From an uncultured Candidatus Saccharibacteria bacterium (GTDB lineage Bacteria; Patescibacteriota; Saccharimonadia; CAILAD01; BJGX01), in NCBI GenBank assembly GCA_964481235.1, contig CAYZYH010000001.1, positions 25,372-89,371 of the forward strand: 64,000 nucleotides of DNA. The letters run 5' to 3'. Every line of letters starts with the position of its first letter. Positions within the stretch are counted from its first letter, which is position 1. This document shows positions 46,622 through 56,298 of this stretch, one piece after another. A program made the translations under genes and the position numbers. The notes beneath the pieces are model-generated. The model saw only the letters and a list, made by a program, of their open reading frames with translations. It made no database searches and had not been told where the DNA came from.

Positions 46622-48199
46622 CTAAAACAGCTGTTGTTGTTCAAAGTCTACTTTGGTTGCTTGGTTTTTCATACTCACAATACCGTTTTTGTTTCCGTTA
46701 GCCAACAAAGCAACCAAAAACTCAAATATTTTAACCATAGCGTAGGTATCTAACTCACAGTACTGCCGCAAACTATTCATTAGCTTAGTTTTTTCGGCAT
46801 CGCTAAACTTTTCTTCATAGACAGCTTGCATCCATAGTCTCTGAGCCGAGCCACCCTCTTGTATATCTAGATCTTTGTAGCTTAGCTCGGGCGCTATTAC
46901 TGGCAAAACATTCTTTATACTCGCCGAGCCCATAAAATCTTTGTCAATATAATACCCTTTACTAAAGGGTTTCATCAAATCAATTACCCTACTGTTTACG
47001 TCCTGTAAAAAATTATTATACTCTGGCTCTAGCTTGCCCATAAGATCATTACAACTCTTCTCAAAGCCCTCCCACCACACCAAAACTGTTCCAGACTCAC
47101 CAATGTCGGCTTGCAATTGTTTTAGTAGCTCTGGTACTGGGTTGGTATCGAGTGTATGCAAAAATTCTTTATGTACCAAATCACCTCCCGGCTCCTGTAT
47201 GATGTGTAGCGAGTACTGAAAGGGTAGTTGATCGAACGGTTTGAGCCCGTCAAACGGCGGCACAATTGAGCTGAGGGTTTCATAGTCTAAAAAATATAAA
47301 GGATACTGCAGAGAATTTATAAACTTTTTTATTTTACCAATATTTACTATAGGCTCACCTATTTTGGTAGCTTCTACTTGTCTTTTTTGTTTGGGTTTTA
47401 ACGCAAAATCATCCGGAATATCGGCGATACTACTAATATGCATATCTTCTAGTTGGCCTAGTTGTTCGGCCGCAGCCGAACATAAATTGTAAATAGTGTA
47501 TTTGTCTTGAGTTGGCATAAGAGCCAAATATATCTCTAGCCAGTCTTTAATAGCCCCCATCTTGGTACGACGGGGCGTAGGGTCTGGCATTTCACTAGAT
47601 TCAACTACTTTTAAGGCTGCCTCAATATTTCGCTTGGTTGCATCTAACTTCTGCATTACTTTATTAGTAACATTTTGCTGCACACTTAGTGAAAGCTCAT
47701 CTAACGCACCGTGGCGCACATAGTGATTATTACAATATACTACGCCAATATTTCTTACGTTATAACCAGCGCTTTCTAGTACCACCACCTGAAAAGCTAG
47801 GTCATCAATATGGTCGGGCTTTACTTTGGTACTCGATTTTATCTCATATAAATCAAAGGTTTTGTCCCCCACCAACTCAACAATATCAACAATACAAGTA
47901 ATTTGTTCGCCAGCAAATTTAGCCTCAAATCTACCCTGGGAGAGCGCTTTGGCACCAGCTCTAAGAGCCTTTTGAGTGCGCTCGGGCATACTCAAATATT
48001 CTTGATAGTTATTAAAACCAACCCGCACCACATCTGTAAAATGTTTCTCAGCATACTCTTCAAACAAATTGCCAGCATCAAAACGCGCCTGCAAGTTATC
48101 ATCAACTTCTGGTAGCATTTTTTTGTCGTGACGCTTAAGCCACAACCATGCCGGATGCTTAAGATACATTATGTATTCAGATTTGCTTAGTGTAATCAT
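46622..48199 (-). CDS. DUF2779-like protein (predicted PD-(D/E)xK-type nuclease N-domain)
   Basis: N-terminal LSKSEY...LWL. Family assignment is from memory. Confidence 0.45.
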   Translation of the reverse strand: MITLSKSEYIMYLKHPAWLWLKRHDKKMLPEVDDNLQARFDAGNLFEEYAEKHFTDVVRVGFNNYQEYLSMPERTQKALRAGAKALSQGRFEAKFAGEQITCIVDIVELVGDKTFDLYEIKSSTKVKPDHIDDLAFQVVVLESAGYNVRNIGVVYCNNHYVRHGALDELSLSVQQNVTNKVMQKLDATKRNIEAALKVVESSEMPDPTPRRTKMGAIKDWLEIYLALMPTQDKYTIYNLCSAAAEQLGQLEDMHISSIADIPDDFALKPKQKRQVEATKIGEPIVNIGKIKKFINSLQYPLYFLDYETLSSIVPPFDGLKPFDQLPFQYSLHIIQEPGGDLVHKEFLHTLDTNPVPELLKQLQADIGESGTVLVWWEGFEKSCNDLMGKLEPEYNNFLQDVNSRVIDLMKPFSKGYYIDKDFMGSASIKNVLPVIAPELSYKDLDIQEGGSAQRLWMQAVYEEKFSDAEKTKLMNSLRQYCELDTYAMVKIFEFLVALLANGNKNGIVSMKNQATKVDFEQQQLF

Positions 48200-48206
48200 A
48201 TAGATA

Positions 48207-49046
48207 TTATAACTTTAATAACTTTTCTATTTCACCTACAATTATTTTACTAAATCCTGGTGTTAACTCATGGCCAGCATTAATTTTTCTTACAGCTATG
48301 TTAGCGTGGTTCTTTTGCAAAACTATAATATTACGGCTCACTACCAAGACGTCAAATCTGCCGTAAATAATTCTGATAGGAATGTGTAGACTCGCGAGGT
48401 CAGTACTAGTACGTTGTTTCTCAATAGTGTTATGTAGGCTCTCATGGAAAGCAGGCCAACTTTCTGTGGTTACATCCATACCCTTGATGTTTAATTTTTT
48501 AAGCATATCAGAGCCTTTTATGGCCCAGTCTGGGTTAGCCCGTAACTTTCTATAAGCTTTAAAGTACAGCTCGTCAGACGTGCTCTGCCATTGCAGAAGT
48601 TTTTTGTCACTAAGCTCAGATCGCTTATAGATTGGTATGCTACAGAGTAGCATATTTTGTACCTTATCTGGATAACGAACTGCCAATCGCGCTGCAACAA
48701 TCCCTCCCATTGAATGTGATACTATTATAGATCTCTGCCATAAATGTACTTTCTTGAGTGTATGTACAATAGCATCTACATGGTCGTCGGCCGTATATTC
48801 ACAATCGGTAGGACGAGGCGACGCACCAAAACCTAATAGATCTATAAGTACTATCTTGTGCTTGCCGTTTAGCATCTTCACAACCTCACTCCAGAGATCA
48901 ATATTGCTTGCTAGGCCGTGCAAAAATACAATTGGCTCTCCGGGGCCATCTATGATTTTAATGTTAAGCAAATAACGTGGCTTAAATATCGATTTTAGCC
49001 ACCTACTAGTTTGAATATGAAAATTACTATATATACTCATTACCAC
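48207..49046 (-). CDS. alpha/beta hydrolase
   Basis: VSHSMGG nucleophile elbow and HGLAS oxyanion region. Confidence 0.7.
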   Translation of the reverse strand: MVMSIYSNFHIQTSRWLKSIFKPRYLLNIKIIDGPGEPIVFLHGLASNIDLWSEVVKMLNGKHKIVLIDLLGFGASPRPTDCEYTADDHVDAIVHTLKKVHLWQRSIIVSHSMGGIVAARLAVRYPDKVQNMLLCSIPIYKRSELSDKKLLQWQSTSDELYFKAYRKLRANPDWAIKGSDMLKKLNIKGMDVTTESWPAFHESLHNTIEKQRTSTDLASLHIPIRIIYGRFDVLVVSRNIIVLQKNHANIAVRKINAGHELTPGFSKIIVGEIEKLLKL

Positions 49047-49052
49047 TTTTTA

Positions 49053-49556
49053 TTAGAATATTTTCCAGGTAATTGAAATTGCAGTCTTATAATCACTAGT
49101 GTTTGAAGAGTTGACCAAAACTATAAACGACTCATCACCTTTTTTGTACTCTTGCGAATAAGGCATATCTGTGTATTTACTAGTGTATCCAGTAATACTC
49201 CAGCCCAATGATTTTAGCTGTTCGTCGTAATATTTTGCAACATCTGCTGGGGCGTCGTTAGAGTACAGCAATACACTCACGCCATCTTTTGCAGTAGAGT
49301 TTTTTTTGCTTAAGTTAGTAAGTTTGGCATTTGGGTATTGTGGCAACCCCGACGACGTGTAGGAATCTGGATAGGTCTCAATATCTTCAACAACTTCGGC
49401 AGTAACTTTTTGCTGATCTTTAAGAGCCGGACTAGAGTAGTACCTCAACACAAAACTACCAATAGCCAAAACTATAAAAGTTGCAAAAATTATAACTACC
49501 ACAACAAATATGGCAACAATTTTTGACGAATTGGTATTTTTGCCCAACTGCTTCAT
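49053..49556 (-). CDS. hypothetical membrane-anchored secreted protein
   Basis: N-terminal TM, Ser/Thr/Tyr-rich. Confidence 0.45.
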   Translation of the reverse strand: MKQLGKNTNSSKIVAIFVVVVIIFATFIVLAIGSFVLRYYSSPALKDQQKVTAEVVEDIETYPDSYTSSGLPQYPNAKLTNLSKKNSTAKDGVSVLLYSNDAPADVAKYYDEQLKSLGWSITGYTSKYTDMPYSQEYKKGDESFIVLVNSSNTSDYKTAISITWKIF

Positions 49557-49567
49557 ACTAAACTTAC

Positions 49568-49822
49568 TTATTTACCTTCTCTCTCTACTACAATAGTACA
49601 CTCTGTAACTAAAGCGGCAATTGCGCCTACGGCAGCTAGTGGGGGTGCTAGCACTGCCCCAACCACACCAACCGTAAGTGGTAATTCAACAATACTTTTA
49701 CCTTCTTTGTTGCGAATAGTAATACGCCGTATATTACCCTCGGCAATAAGATTTTTTACTTTTTTAAGTAAGTCTTCACCATTTACCTTAAATTCTTCGG
49801 TACGCTGTGACTTTGTGGCCAT
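49568..49822 (-). CDS. DUF4342-like small protein
   Basis: Start chosen at MATKSQRTEEFKVNGEDLLKKV... behind RBS AAAGGAG. C-terminal Gly/Ala hydrophobic segment. Confidence 0.5.
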   Translation of the reverse strand: MATKSQRTEEFKVNGEDLLKKVKNLIAEGNIRRITIRNKEGKSIVELPLTVGVVGAVLAPPLAAVGAIAALVTECTIVVEREGK

Positions 49823-49934
49823 GAGTATCTCCTTTTTATTGCTTCTATTATACTCTATTCTGCAGATACTACTTGTGTTTGTGAACATATGGGTCTACAA
49901 TATTGCTAAGAACGCTAATGCTTAAGATTGTGAT

Positions 49935-51527
49935 ATGCCTAAAAAAACCGTTAAAAAAAGAGTTAAGAGAAGCAGTAAAAAATCCTCTATAAGAAGTTTT
50001 GGTTTTAAAAAGTGGCAATTTTTGTTTGTAATTGGAATTGTTGTTGCATTGGGAACACTAGTATTTTTTGTAAGCAATGCCAGTGCTCCACCTAGGTCTG
50101 TGAAAGAATTTGGAGCCATTGGTGATGGCGTTACAGATGATACTGTAGCCATCCAAAATGCTATCGACACAGTATCGGCCTCGGGCACAGCTGCTAATCG
50201 TTCGCAAGAATTAACCCTACCCCCTGGTCAGTATAATATTACTAAGCCACTATTAATGAAATCTTTTGTGCAGTTTAGGGGCACAAGAGGTCAAAGTATT
50301 ATTGTTAACACCGCCACAGACCCCAATAGACAAGTACACGTCATTCTTGGCCTAGCCCATCCATGGGCTTTTGATGAGCGAAATGCTACCGATGCTCAGG
50401 GTAGAAATCAAGTATTTACCAATATAGCGGTTTCTCAGACAAGCTGGGCAAAAGATTCAACGTCACTCAATCTTAAAAATAGCAATGACGCAAGCAAGCT
50501 AGCTGTTGGTGAAATAGCCTGCATAAGATCTGAAGTTGCATTTAAGGTTGGTGACTATGAACAGCCAGATTTTGTTCAATTTAACAAAATACGAGCTATT
50601 AATGGTAATAAAATAGACTTTGCCGATAAAGCACTTAATTCTATTCCGAACCCACAAATTTGTAAGGTGGAAGGTAGAAACCCTTACTATAGCTATGTTA
50701 TGGAAAAAGATGTGCCATGGTATTCGGCTCAGTGGGTAGAAATAAGTGGTATTACATTTCGTGGTGGTGAAGCTGGTCTTGGTGGCAGTCTTTGTTATAG
50801 TTGTTTTGTGAAACAGGTAGATTTTGAAAATATAGTAACACCTATGGCTATGAATGCCTTGGTAAAAAATATCTTTTCAGACATAAATGCCACTTACACT
50901 GGGCGAGCTATAGAAATCAAAATGGCCTCTTCGCAGAGCTCATTTAAAAACATAAATTTACGCTATATACCTAAAGGTTGCGCAACGCCATCAAATTGTC
51001 ATCTTAACGGAGTTTGGCCAGTAGATGTAGGCGAGCGTTCGGCCGATATTGGTTTTAACAATATAAACATTAACGATAGTGGTTCGTACCGCAGTGTCGC
51101 ACTTTTCTCTATAGGAGATGCTAGAACTGTTCGATTCGTTAATTCTAATATAACGGTTTCTGGCAACGCTACACGTAACGCCGTGCTAGATATTAGAGGT
51201 AACTACAATATTGGCGACACCCCACAGTCGTTTAAAACTGAGAATTATTGGTTTGAAGGTAACAACTTCCACCTCACTCAGCCTGTTACTCAGCTTGCTA
51301 CACTAGGAGATAAGCTAAAACGAACCGACGACACATACGCTGTACAAAATATCTTGTTCCGTAATAATAGCTGGAGTGGTACACCTACTACTTCTGGCAT
51401 TGCCTACTTGGCGCGTAACCAAGTTAAGAATTGGGCAATAGTAAATGACAAATTCAACAATACCGCAAATAGAATGGTAGTAGAAAGTAATAGTACTCAG
51501 CCAAGAGAAAGTGGCATAAAATACTAA
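49935..51527 (+). CDS. membrane-anchored right-handed beta-helix protein (pectate-lyase-superfamily / tailspike-like glycosidase)
   Basis: K/R-rich N-terminus plus TM. FGAIGDGVTDDTVAIQNAI is the PF12708 N-terminal signature. Asn-rich beta-helix repeats. Confidence 0.6.
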   Translation: MPKKTVKKRVKRSSKKSSIRSFGFKKWQFLFVIGIVVALGTLVFFVSNASAPPRSVKEFGAIGDGVTDDTVAIQNAIDTVSASGTAANRSQELTLPPGQYNITKPLLMKSFVQFRGTRGQSIIVNTATDPNRQVHVILGLAHPWAFDERNATDAQGRNQVFTNIAVSQTSWAKDSTSLNLKNSNDASKLAVGEIACIRSEVAFKVGDYEQPDFVQFNKIRAINGNKIDFADKALNSIPNPQICKVEGRNPYYSYVMEKDVPWYSAQWVEISGITFRGGEAGLGGSLCYSCFVKQVDFENIVTPMAMNALVKNIFSDINATYTGRAIEIKMASSQSSFKNINLRYIPKGCATPSNCHLNGVWPVDVGERSADIGFNNININDSGSYRSVALFSIGDARTVRFVNSNITVSGNATRNAVLDIRGNYNIGDTPQSFKTENYWFEGNNFHLTQPVTQLATLGDKLKRTDDTYAVQNILFRNNSWSGTPTTSGIAYLARNQVKNWAIVNDKFNNTANRMVVESNSTQPRESGIKY

Positions 51528-51558
51528 CTGTAATTAATACGCTTTTTTAAGTTACTAG

Positions 51559-52563
51559 CTACAGTAGAATATACTTAAACTCTTTTTTATCTTTTAGTTT
51601 CTTTATATTGTTTACCAACATCTGATACACTTCTTCGGCCTTGGCTTCACTATTTGCGTATTCACCTTGGTTTATGTCTGGTATACTCCACACCAAATAC
51701 TTTGTGGCACTCAAATCGAACATTTTTTGAGCATCAGCCAGTACGGTGGGTGATACAAACACTACAATAGTAGAGGCATCAATATTGTTTTGAGTAGTTT
51801 GTGTCCAGCTTTTTTTGTAATTCTTATAATGATGCTTATTAAGTATATATCTACCTAAGTAGCTAATATTTCCGTTCTGGTTTTCACTAGCCTGTATACC
51901 GCTAGATATTACCTTTATTCTGTTGCTTTTTATCTCATTAAAATAAGCTTCGGCTAGACGGCTTCTAAAAGTATTGCCACGACACACAAAATGTACAATT
52001 GGGTTAATATACTTAATGGCTCCATTTAACGAAAATTTCCAATAGGTATAAAAGGGCGTAATCCTACCTACTCTTACCAAGCGATGTAGCTTAACTAGTC
52101 GTTTAGCATTGCGTAAGGTCAAAAAGTAGATTTGGGCCGACTCACTAGATTGTAGGTGGGTGTGGGTAATCGGCTCACGTAATTTAATTACGTAGGTGTG
52201 TAGAAATGTTTTGGCAGTTTTATTAAGCCTTGGGTAGTGTTTATTATATGTTCTGGTGTTAATTAAAATAACTTCGCGCTCGGCAACGCCAATACCTAAT
52301 TCTTCCTTTACTTCTCGCCTAATAGCTTGCTCGGGCTTTTCCCCTGCACTCACAATCCCACCAGCTGAGAGCTCAATAAGATTGGGGTTCATTATAATAT
52401 CACGTGATCGTTTTTGAGCCACAATTCTGTTGTCTTCCGTAATAATAATGGCGTGTACTGAGTTGTGCCAATAGCCTTGGTCACAAACCTCATCTATAGT
52501 AGCTTTTCGGCCAGTGGGCTGGCCATTTTTATCTAATACGTCTACGAGTTCTTGTTTGGTCAT
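51559..52563 (-). CDS. Nudix hydrolase fused to low-molecular-weight protein-tyrosine-phosphatase/ArsC-like domain
   Basis: Nudix box GGIVSAGEKPEQAIRREVKEELGI. C-terminal VHFVCRGNTFRSRLAEAY is a C-X5-R P-loop. Confidence 0.65.
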   Translation of the reverse strand: MTKQELVDVLDKNGQPTGRKATIDEVCDQGYWHNSVHAIIITEDNRIVAQKRSRDIIMNPNLIELSAGGIVSAGEKPEQAIRREVKEELGIGVAEREVILINTRTYNKHYPRLNKTAKTFLHTYVIKLREPITHTHLQSSESAQIYFLTLRNAKRLVKLHRLVRVGRITPFYTYWKFSLNGAIKYINPIVHFVCRGNTFRSRLAEAYFNEIKSNRIKVISSGIQASENQNGNISYLGRYILNKHHYKNYKKSWTQTTQNNIDASTIVVFVSPTVLADAQKMFDLSATKYLVWSIPDINQGEYANSEAKAEEVYQMLVNNIKKLKDKKEFKYILL

Positions 52564-52648
52564 TTAGTAGTTATTAAAACCTTTTTTTGACTCTGTCGTT
52601 ATGGCGTTCAAATGTGCGCTCAATGTTAATATGTTTTTTCATTTTTTT

Positions 52649-52657
52649 ATTATATCA
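52649..52657 (-). promoter_or_regulatory. extended -10 element TGATATAAT inside a duplicated motif of about 28 nt (copy 1)
   Basis: Minus-strand reading: agaTGaTATAATaaaaaaa, about 80 nt upstream of the 52563 start. A near-identical copy lies at 53633-53641. Confidence 0.4.
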
Positions 52658-52690
52658 TCTTACTGTTATTGGTTATTTACCAAAAATAAC

Positions 52691-52720
52691 TTGACAATAC
52701 GGGGCAGTTGTTAGTATGTT
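52691..52720 (+). promoter_or_regulatory. possible promoter TTGACA-18-TATGTT for the frameshifted gene
   Basis: ttgacaatacggggcagttgttagtatgtt. Confidence 0.35.
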
Positions 52721-52769
52721 TAAACTTAAGAAGTAAGAAAGCATAATAAACAAAAAAGGACTCATTAAA

Positions 52770-53415
52770 ATGAAAAAAGAACATCGCTAAAAAGAAGCTA
52801 TCTACCAAGAAATTATCCCGTAGCCAAGTATTAATTGCAGTTTTAGTAGTTATTGCTGTTGCAGGGCTAGGATATTTAGGCTACCAATATTCTCAGGCAG
52901 CAACAGAAGGCGAAGAGGCTACCGGTAGAGGTAGAGAGGCTAATGTTGTTCCAAATAGTTCCACTCCACCAACCGAGGTTGATGGTATACAAATAGGCGA
53001 CTCCACAAGCTCTATCGAAGCATTAATAGGAGACGGTAATGAAAAATACACTGTTTTTAATGAAAGAGACACAATGAAGATATGGGCATGTAGACTAAAT
53101 GGTAACCCCGACGACGGCGTTAGGGTAAAAGTTCACTTTCGACAAAAGGGCAATGCCGTGAATTTTGCATTTTATAACAACCAAGGGTATGCTCACCCTG
53201 TTCCTTCACAGGCTATCACTAGAGTTAGCCCCAGCAAACAGGGCGTATATAGAGACCCTCTTAATAATCGTACTAACCCCTGGACTTTAGTAGAGAGAAT
53301 ATACACCTACGACCCAGTTGGAAATTGGCATGGTAGAGATTTTAAATTTAAAGAATACTCCGTTTGCCGTAATGATTGGAACGAACTTACTTCAATTACC
53401 CGAAACCCCTCTTAA
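52770..53415 (+). pseudogene. membrane-anchored secreted protein gene interrupted by a frameshift in an A6 tract
   Basis: ATG 52770 behind AAAGGA reads MKKEHR*. The +1 frame continues KKNIAKKKLSTKKLSRSQVLIAVLVVIAVAGLGYLGY... for about 214 codons to 53415. One A fewer in 52773-52778 fuses them. Confidence 0.5.
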
Positions 53416-53559
53416 ACTTAAAATATAATCTTAATAGATTTGGCTTACCTGTGCTTTATACTAAAAAATAGTTTGGTGTGTTAGAAAGCAAGTATAAATA
53501 TTACTTAACAACTAAAATCTCACTATAGAGACAAATAGAATACTATCCAGAGAAGTGCA

Positions 53560-53598
53560 CTAAAATCCCAAACTAGCATTCGGGTATTTTTTGCTCAT
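53560..53598 (-). pseudogene. 12-codon remnant (MSKKYPNASLGF*) resembling the N- and C-termini of the 56299..56805 membrane protein
   Basis: Shares the exact 15-mer aaaatcccaaactag (53562-53576) with 56350-56364. Has its own extended -10 copy at 53633-53641. Confidence 0.25.
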
Positions 53599-53715
53599 TT
53601 ATTAGTTATTAGAGTACCTTTTTCTATTTTTTATTATATCATCTACTCACTTACGCTTAGTGGCTCTCAGTTACAATATTTAATTTTTAGCTTGTGCTCA
53701 TGCTTAATAAACTTA

Positions 53716-56229
53716 TCAACTAGATATGTGTTTTACTGGTATAAGTTTTTTTAATGCATCACCAGTCAGCAGAATCAATACAAAAACAACTATTGCTACA
53801 ATTATCTGATTACTACTAGGTCTTTGAGTATTTAGATATTTCGCCAAACCTGTGTACATTAGCATAACCTGAAAAATAAATGCCATAAAAATACCGCCAA
53901 ACAACACCCAATTGGTACGTTTGAATCCCTCAACAAACGAATGGTTATCACTTCTTGAATTGATGGCGTTCGCCCACTGTGCAACAACTAAGCTCAAAAA
54001 TGCCAGAGTTTGCGCATATGCTAAGCCCATTGGTAGTGACAAATAATAGACAGTGAGGGTGATAGTCGCCATTACAGTTGCCATTACCACTATTCTAGTA
54101 GCTCGTTTCTTGCCTACTAACGGAGCCGATGGAGGTCTTGGTGGTTCAGCCATCAGGTTTTTTTCTGGCTTTTCAAAGCCCAGAGGTATCATAGTAAAAC
54201 TGTCGGTTACAAAATTTATCCACAAGATTTGCAAAGCAGTTATTGGTAGAGGTAGACCAAAAATAAGTGCGCCAACTATGGTAAATATCTCTCCTAAGTT
54301 TGTAGCCAATATATAGGTAAGAATTTTTTTTACATTCCTAACAATTGAGCGCCCTTGCTCTATAGCATCTATAATTGTTGCAAAGTTATTATCTAATACA
54401 ATCATGTCAGAGGCTTCTTTGGCAGCGTCATTACCCGAACCAACTGCTACGCCAACATTTGCCATACGAAGAGCTGGCACGTCATTAATACCATCCCCTG
54501 TCATTGCAGTAATCTGTATTTTGTCTAGAGCATTTATTATTTTAAATTTGTACTCTGGCAAAACTCTACCAAAAACTTTTTGCGAGACAACAAGCTTACG
54601 AATTTGTTTGTAGCTCAATCGCTCTATCTCTTGCCCATTGAGAGCATGTTGAGATTTAGATATACCGCTAAGTTTTGCAAAATAACCTGCCGCCTCTTTG
54701 TGGTCACCGGTCAGTAGTATTACATCTATACCTGCCATGTGAGCTCTTTCAACGGCTTGAGGTACTCTCGGTCTTAGTTCGTCACCAAAAGCCACGAGAC
54801 CTGCGAAAGAATAGTTAGATAACTTAGCGTTTTTTAGACTATCTATTTTTTCATTTTTTGCCGCAATAGCCAGTACTCTCATGCCATCACGAGCCAATAC
54901 ACGTATTTGTTTATTGATAAGCTTTTTTGCATTTGGGCTAAGATGGCAGATAGCAATAATTGCCTCTGCTGAGCCCTTAATATAGGTTGTATAGGTCTTA
55001 TTTTGGCTCCATACTGCGCCACTCATACGTTTGTTTTGCACAAAAGGCAAACGTTTTACTATTTTGCCAGCCAAGTCTATCGATTTGCCATATTCATCAT
55101 TAATAAGTTCATCTAGCTCATCCCCTTTACCATTAAAAAATGTAGAGGACTTAAATATTACACTTTTTAGATCGGTTTTAGCCGAAGGCGACCAAGTTTG
55201 AGCAACATGTAGGTTGTTTTTTGTGATTGTCCCGGTCTTATCAGTAGCTACTAGAGTAACTTGGCCTAGTGTTTCGACAGAACTGAGGTTGCGCACTAGA
55301 GCATTCTTGCGAGCCATAGTTTTAACTCCAAAAACCATCACCACCACTACAGCTATTGGTAGCCCTTCGGGTATAGCAGAAACCACCAGCGATAATATAA
55401 AACGCAGAGCCTCTAGAAGTTCAACACCTCTGAATAATTTTAGTACAAATGTAAATAATGCCACCCCAAAAACAAAAAGTATTAGCCACTTGGTAAGACG
55501 ATCAATCTTAAGTTGCAAGGGGCTTTTAACTTGATGCTTTTGTGATAGTTTGGCTATACGACCAAATTCAGTATTCATACCTGTTGACGTAACAATCATT
55601 TCGCCATCACCCTCAGACACAAATGTGTTGGCAAAGACCATATTGGTTTGATTATAAATAGGTAGTTTTTGTTTAAGTGTTTCGGTGTGTTTATGTTGCT
55701 TGTCCGATTCACCGGTTAGTACTGACTCGTCTACATGAAGGTTGTCGCTAAGTATAAGCCTACCGTCGGTTGGTACCTTAACTCCTTCGCGTAACACCAC
55801 AATGTCGCCAGGTACCAACTGAGAGGATTTGAGTTTCACTAATCGACCATCGCGGCGCACCAAACAATCTAATTCGCTTTGTTTAGAAAGGGACTTCATG
55901 ATGTGGTTTGCCGATATATATTGCACATAGTAAATAATTGCGTTTACCATAAGTATCGCTGTAATAACAACAGCCTCTATAAGCTTATTTATGGCCACAC
56001 TTATACCGGCAGATACAATCAAGATAGCAACAAACCAATTAGTAAAAGGCTCTAGCAGTGTATGAACCCATTGCCAACGCTTTTTTATACTTACTACATT
56101 TGGGCCATATTTTTTTATTCGTTTTGTAGCATCTTTCGAGCTAAGTCCTTTTTCTAAAGACTGTATCTTGAAAAATTTTGCAACTTCTTGAGAGGTCTGA
56201 GTTGAAAAGTCATTAGGCTTAATAGACAT
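53716..56229 (-). CDS. P-type cation-transporting ATPase (P2-type, Ca2+/Mg2+-like)
   Basis: DKTGTIT phosphorylation site, MTGDGINDVPAL hinge motif, 10 TM. Confidence 0.9.
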   Translation of the reverse strand: MSIKPNDFSTQTSQEVAKFFKIQSLEKGLSSKDATKRIKKYGPNVVSIKKRWQWVHTLLEPFTNWFVAILIVSAGISVAINKLIEAVVITAILMVNAIIYYVQYISANHIMKSLSKQSELDCLVRRDGRLVKLKSSQLVPGDIVVLREGVKVPTDGRLILSDNLHVDESVLTGESDKQHKHTETLKQKLPIYNQTNMVFANTFVSEGDGEMIVTSTGMNTEFGRIAKLSQKHQVKSPLQLKIDRLTKWLILFVFGVALFTFVLKLFRGVELLEALRFILSLVVSAIPEGLPIAVVVVMVFGVKTMARKNALVRNLSSVETLGQVTLVATDKTGTITKNNLHVAQTWSPSAKTDLKSVIFKSSTFFNGKGDELDELINDEYGKSIDLAGKIVKRLPFVQNKRMSGAVWSQNKTYTTYIKGSAEAIIAICHLSPNAKKLINKQIRVLARDGMRVLAIAAKNEKIDSLKNAKLSNYSFAGLVAFGDELRPRVPQAVERAHMAGIDVILLTGDHKEAAGYFAKLSGISKSQHALNGQEIERLSYKQIRKLVVSQKVFGRVLPEYKFKIINALDKIQITAMTGDGINDVPALRMANVGVAVGSGNDAAKEASDMIVLDNNFATIIDAIEQGRSIVRNVKKILTYILATNLGEIFTIVGALIFGLPLPITALQILWINFVTDSFTMIPLGFEKPEKNLMAEPPRPPSAPLVGKKRATRIVVMATVMATITLTVYYLSLPMGLAYAQTLAFLSLVVAQWANAINSRSDNHSFVEGFKRTNWVLFGGIFMAFIFQVMLMYTGLAKYLNTQRPSSNQIIVAIVVFVLILLTGDALKKLIPVKHISS

Positions 56230-56298
56230 AATTATATTATACGTAAATTATTGCTTATAAACTCTATTGCTGCTAGCTATTTGTAATAAAATTACTGC

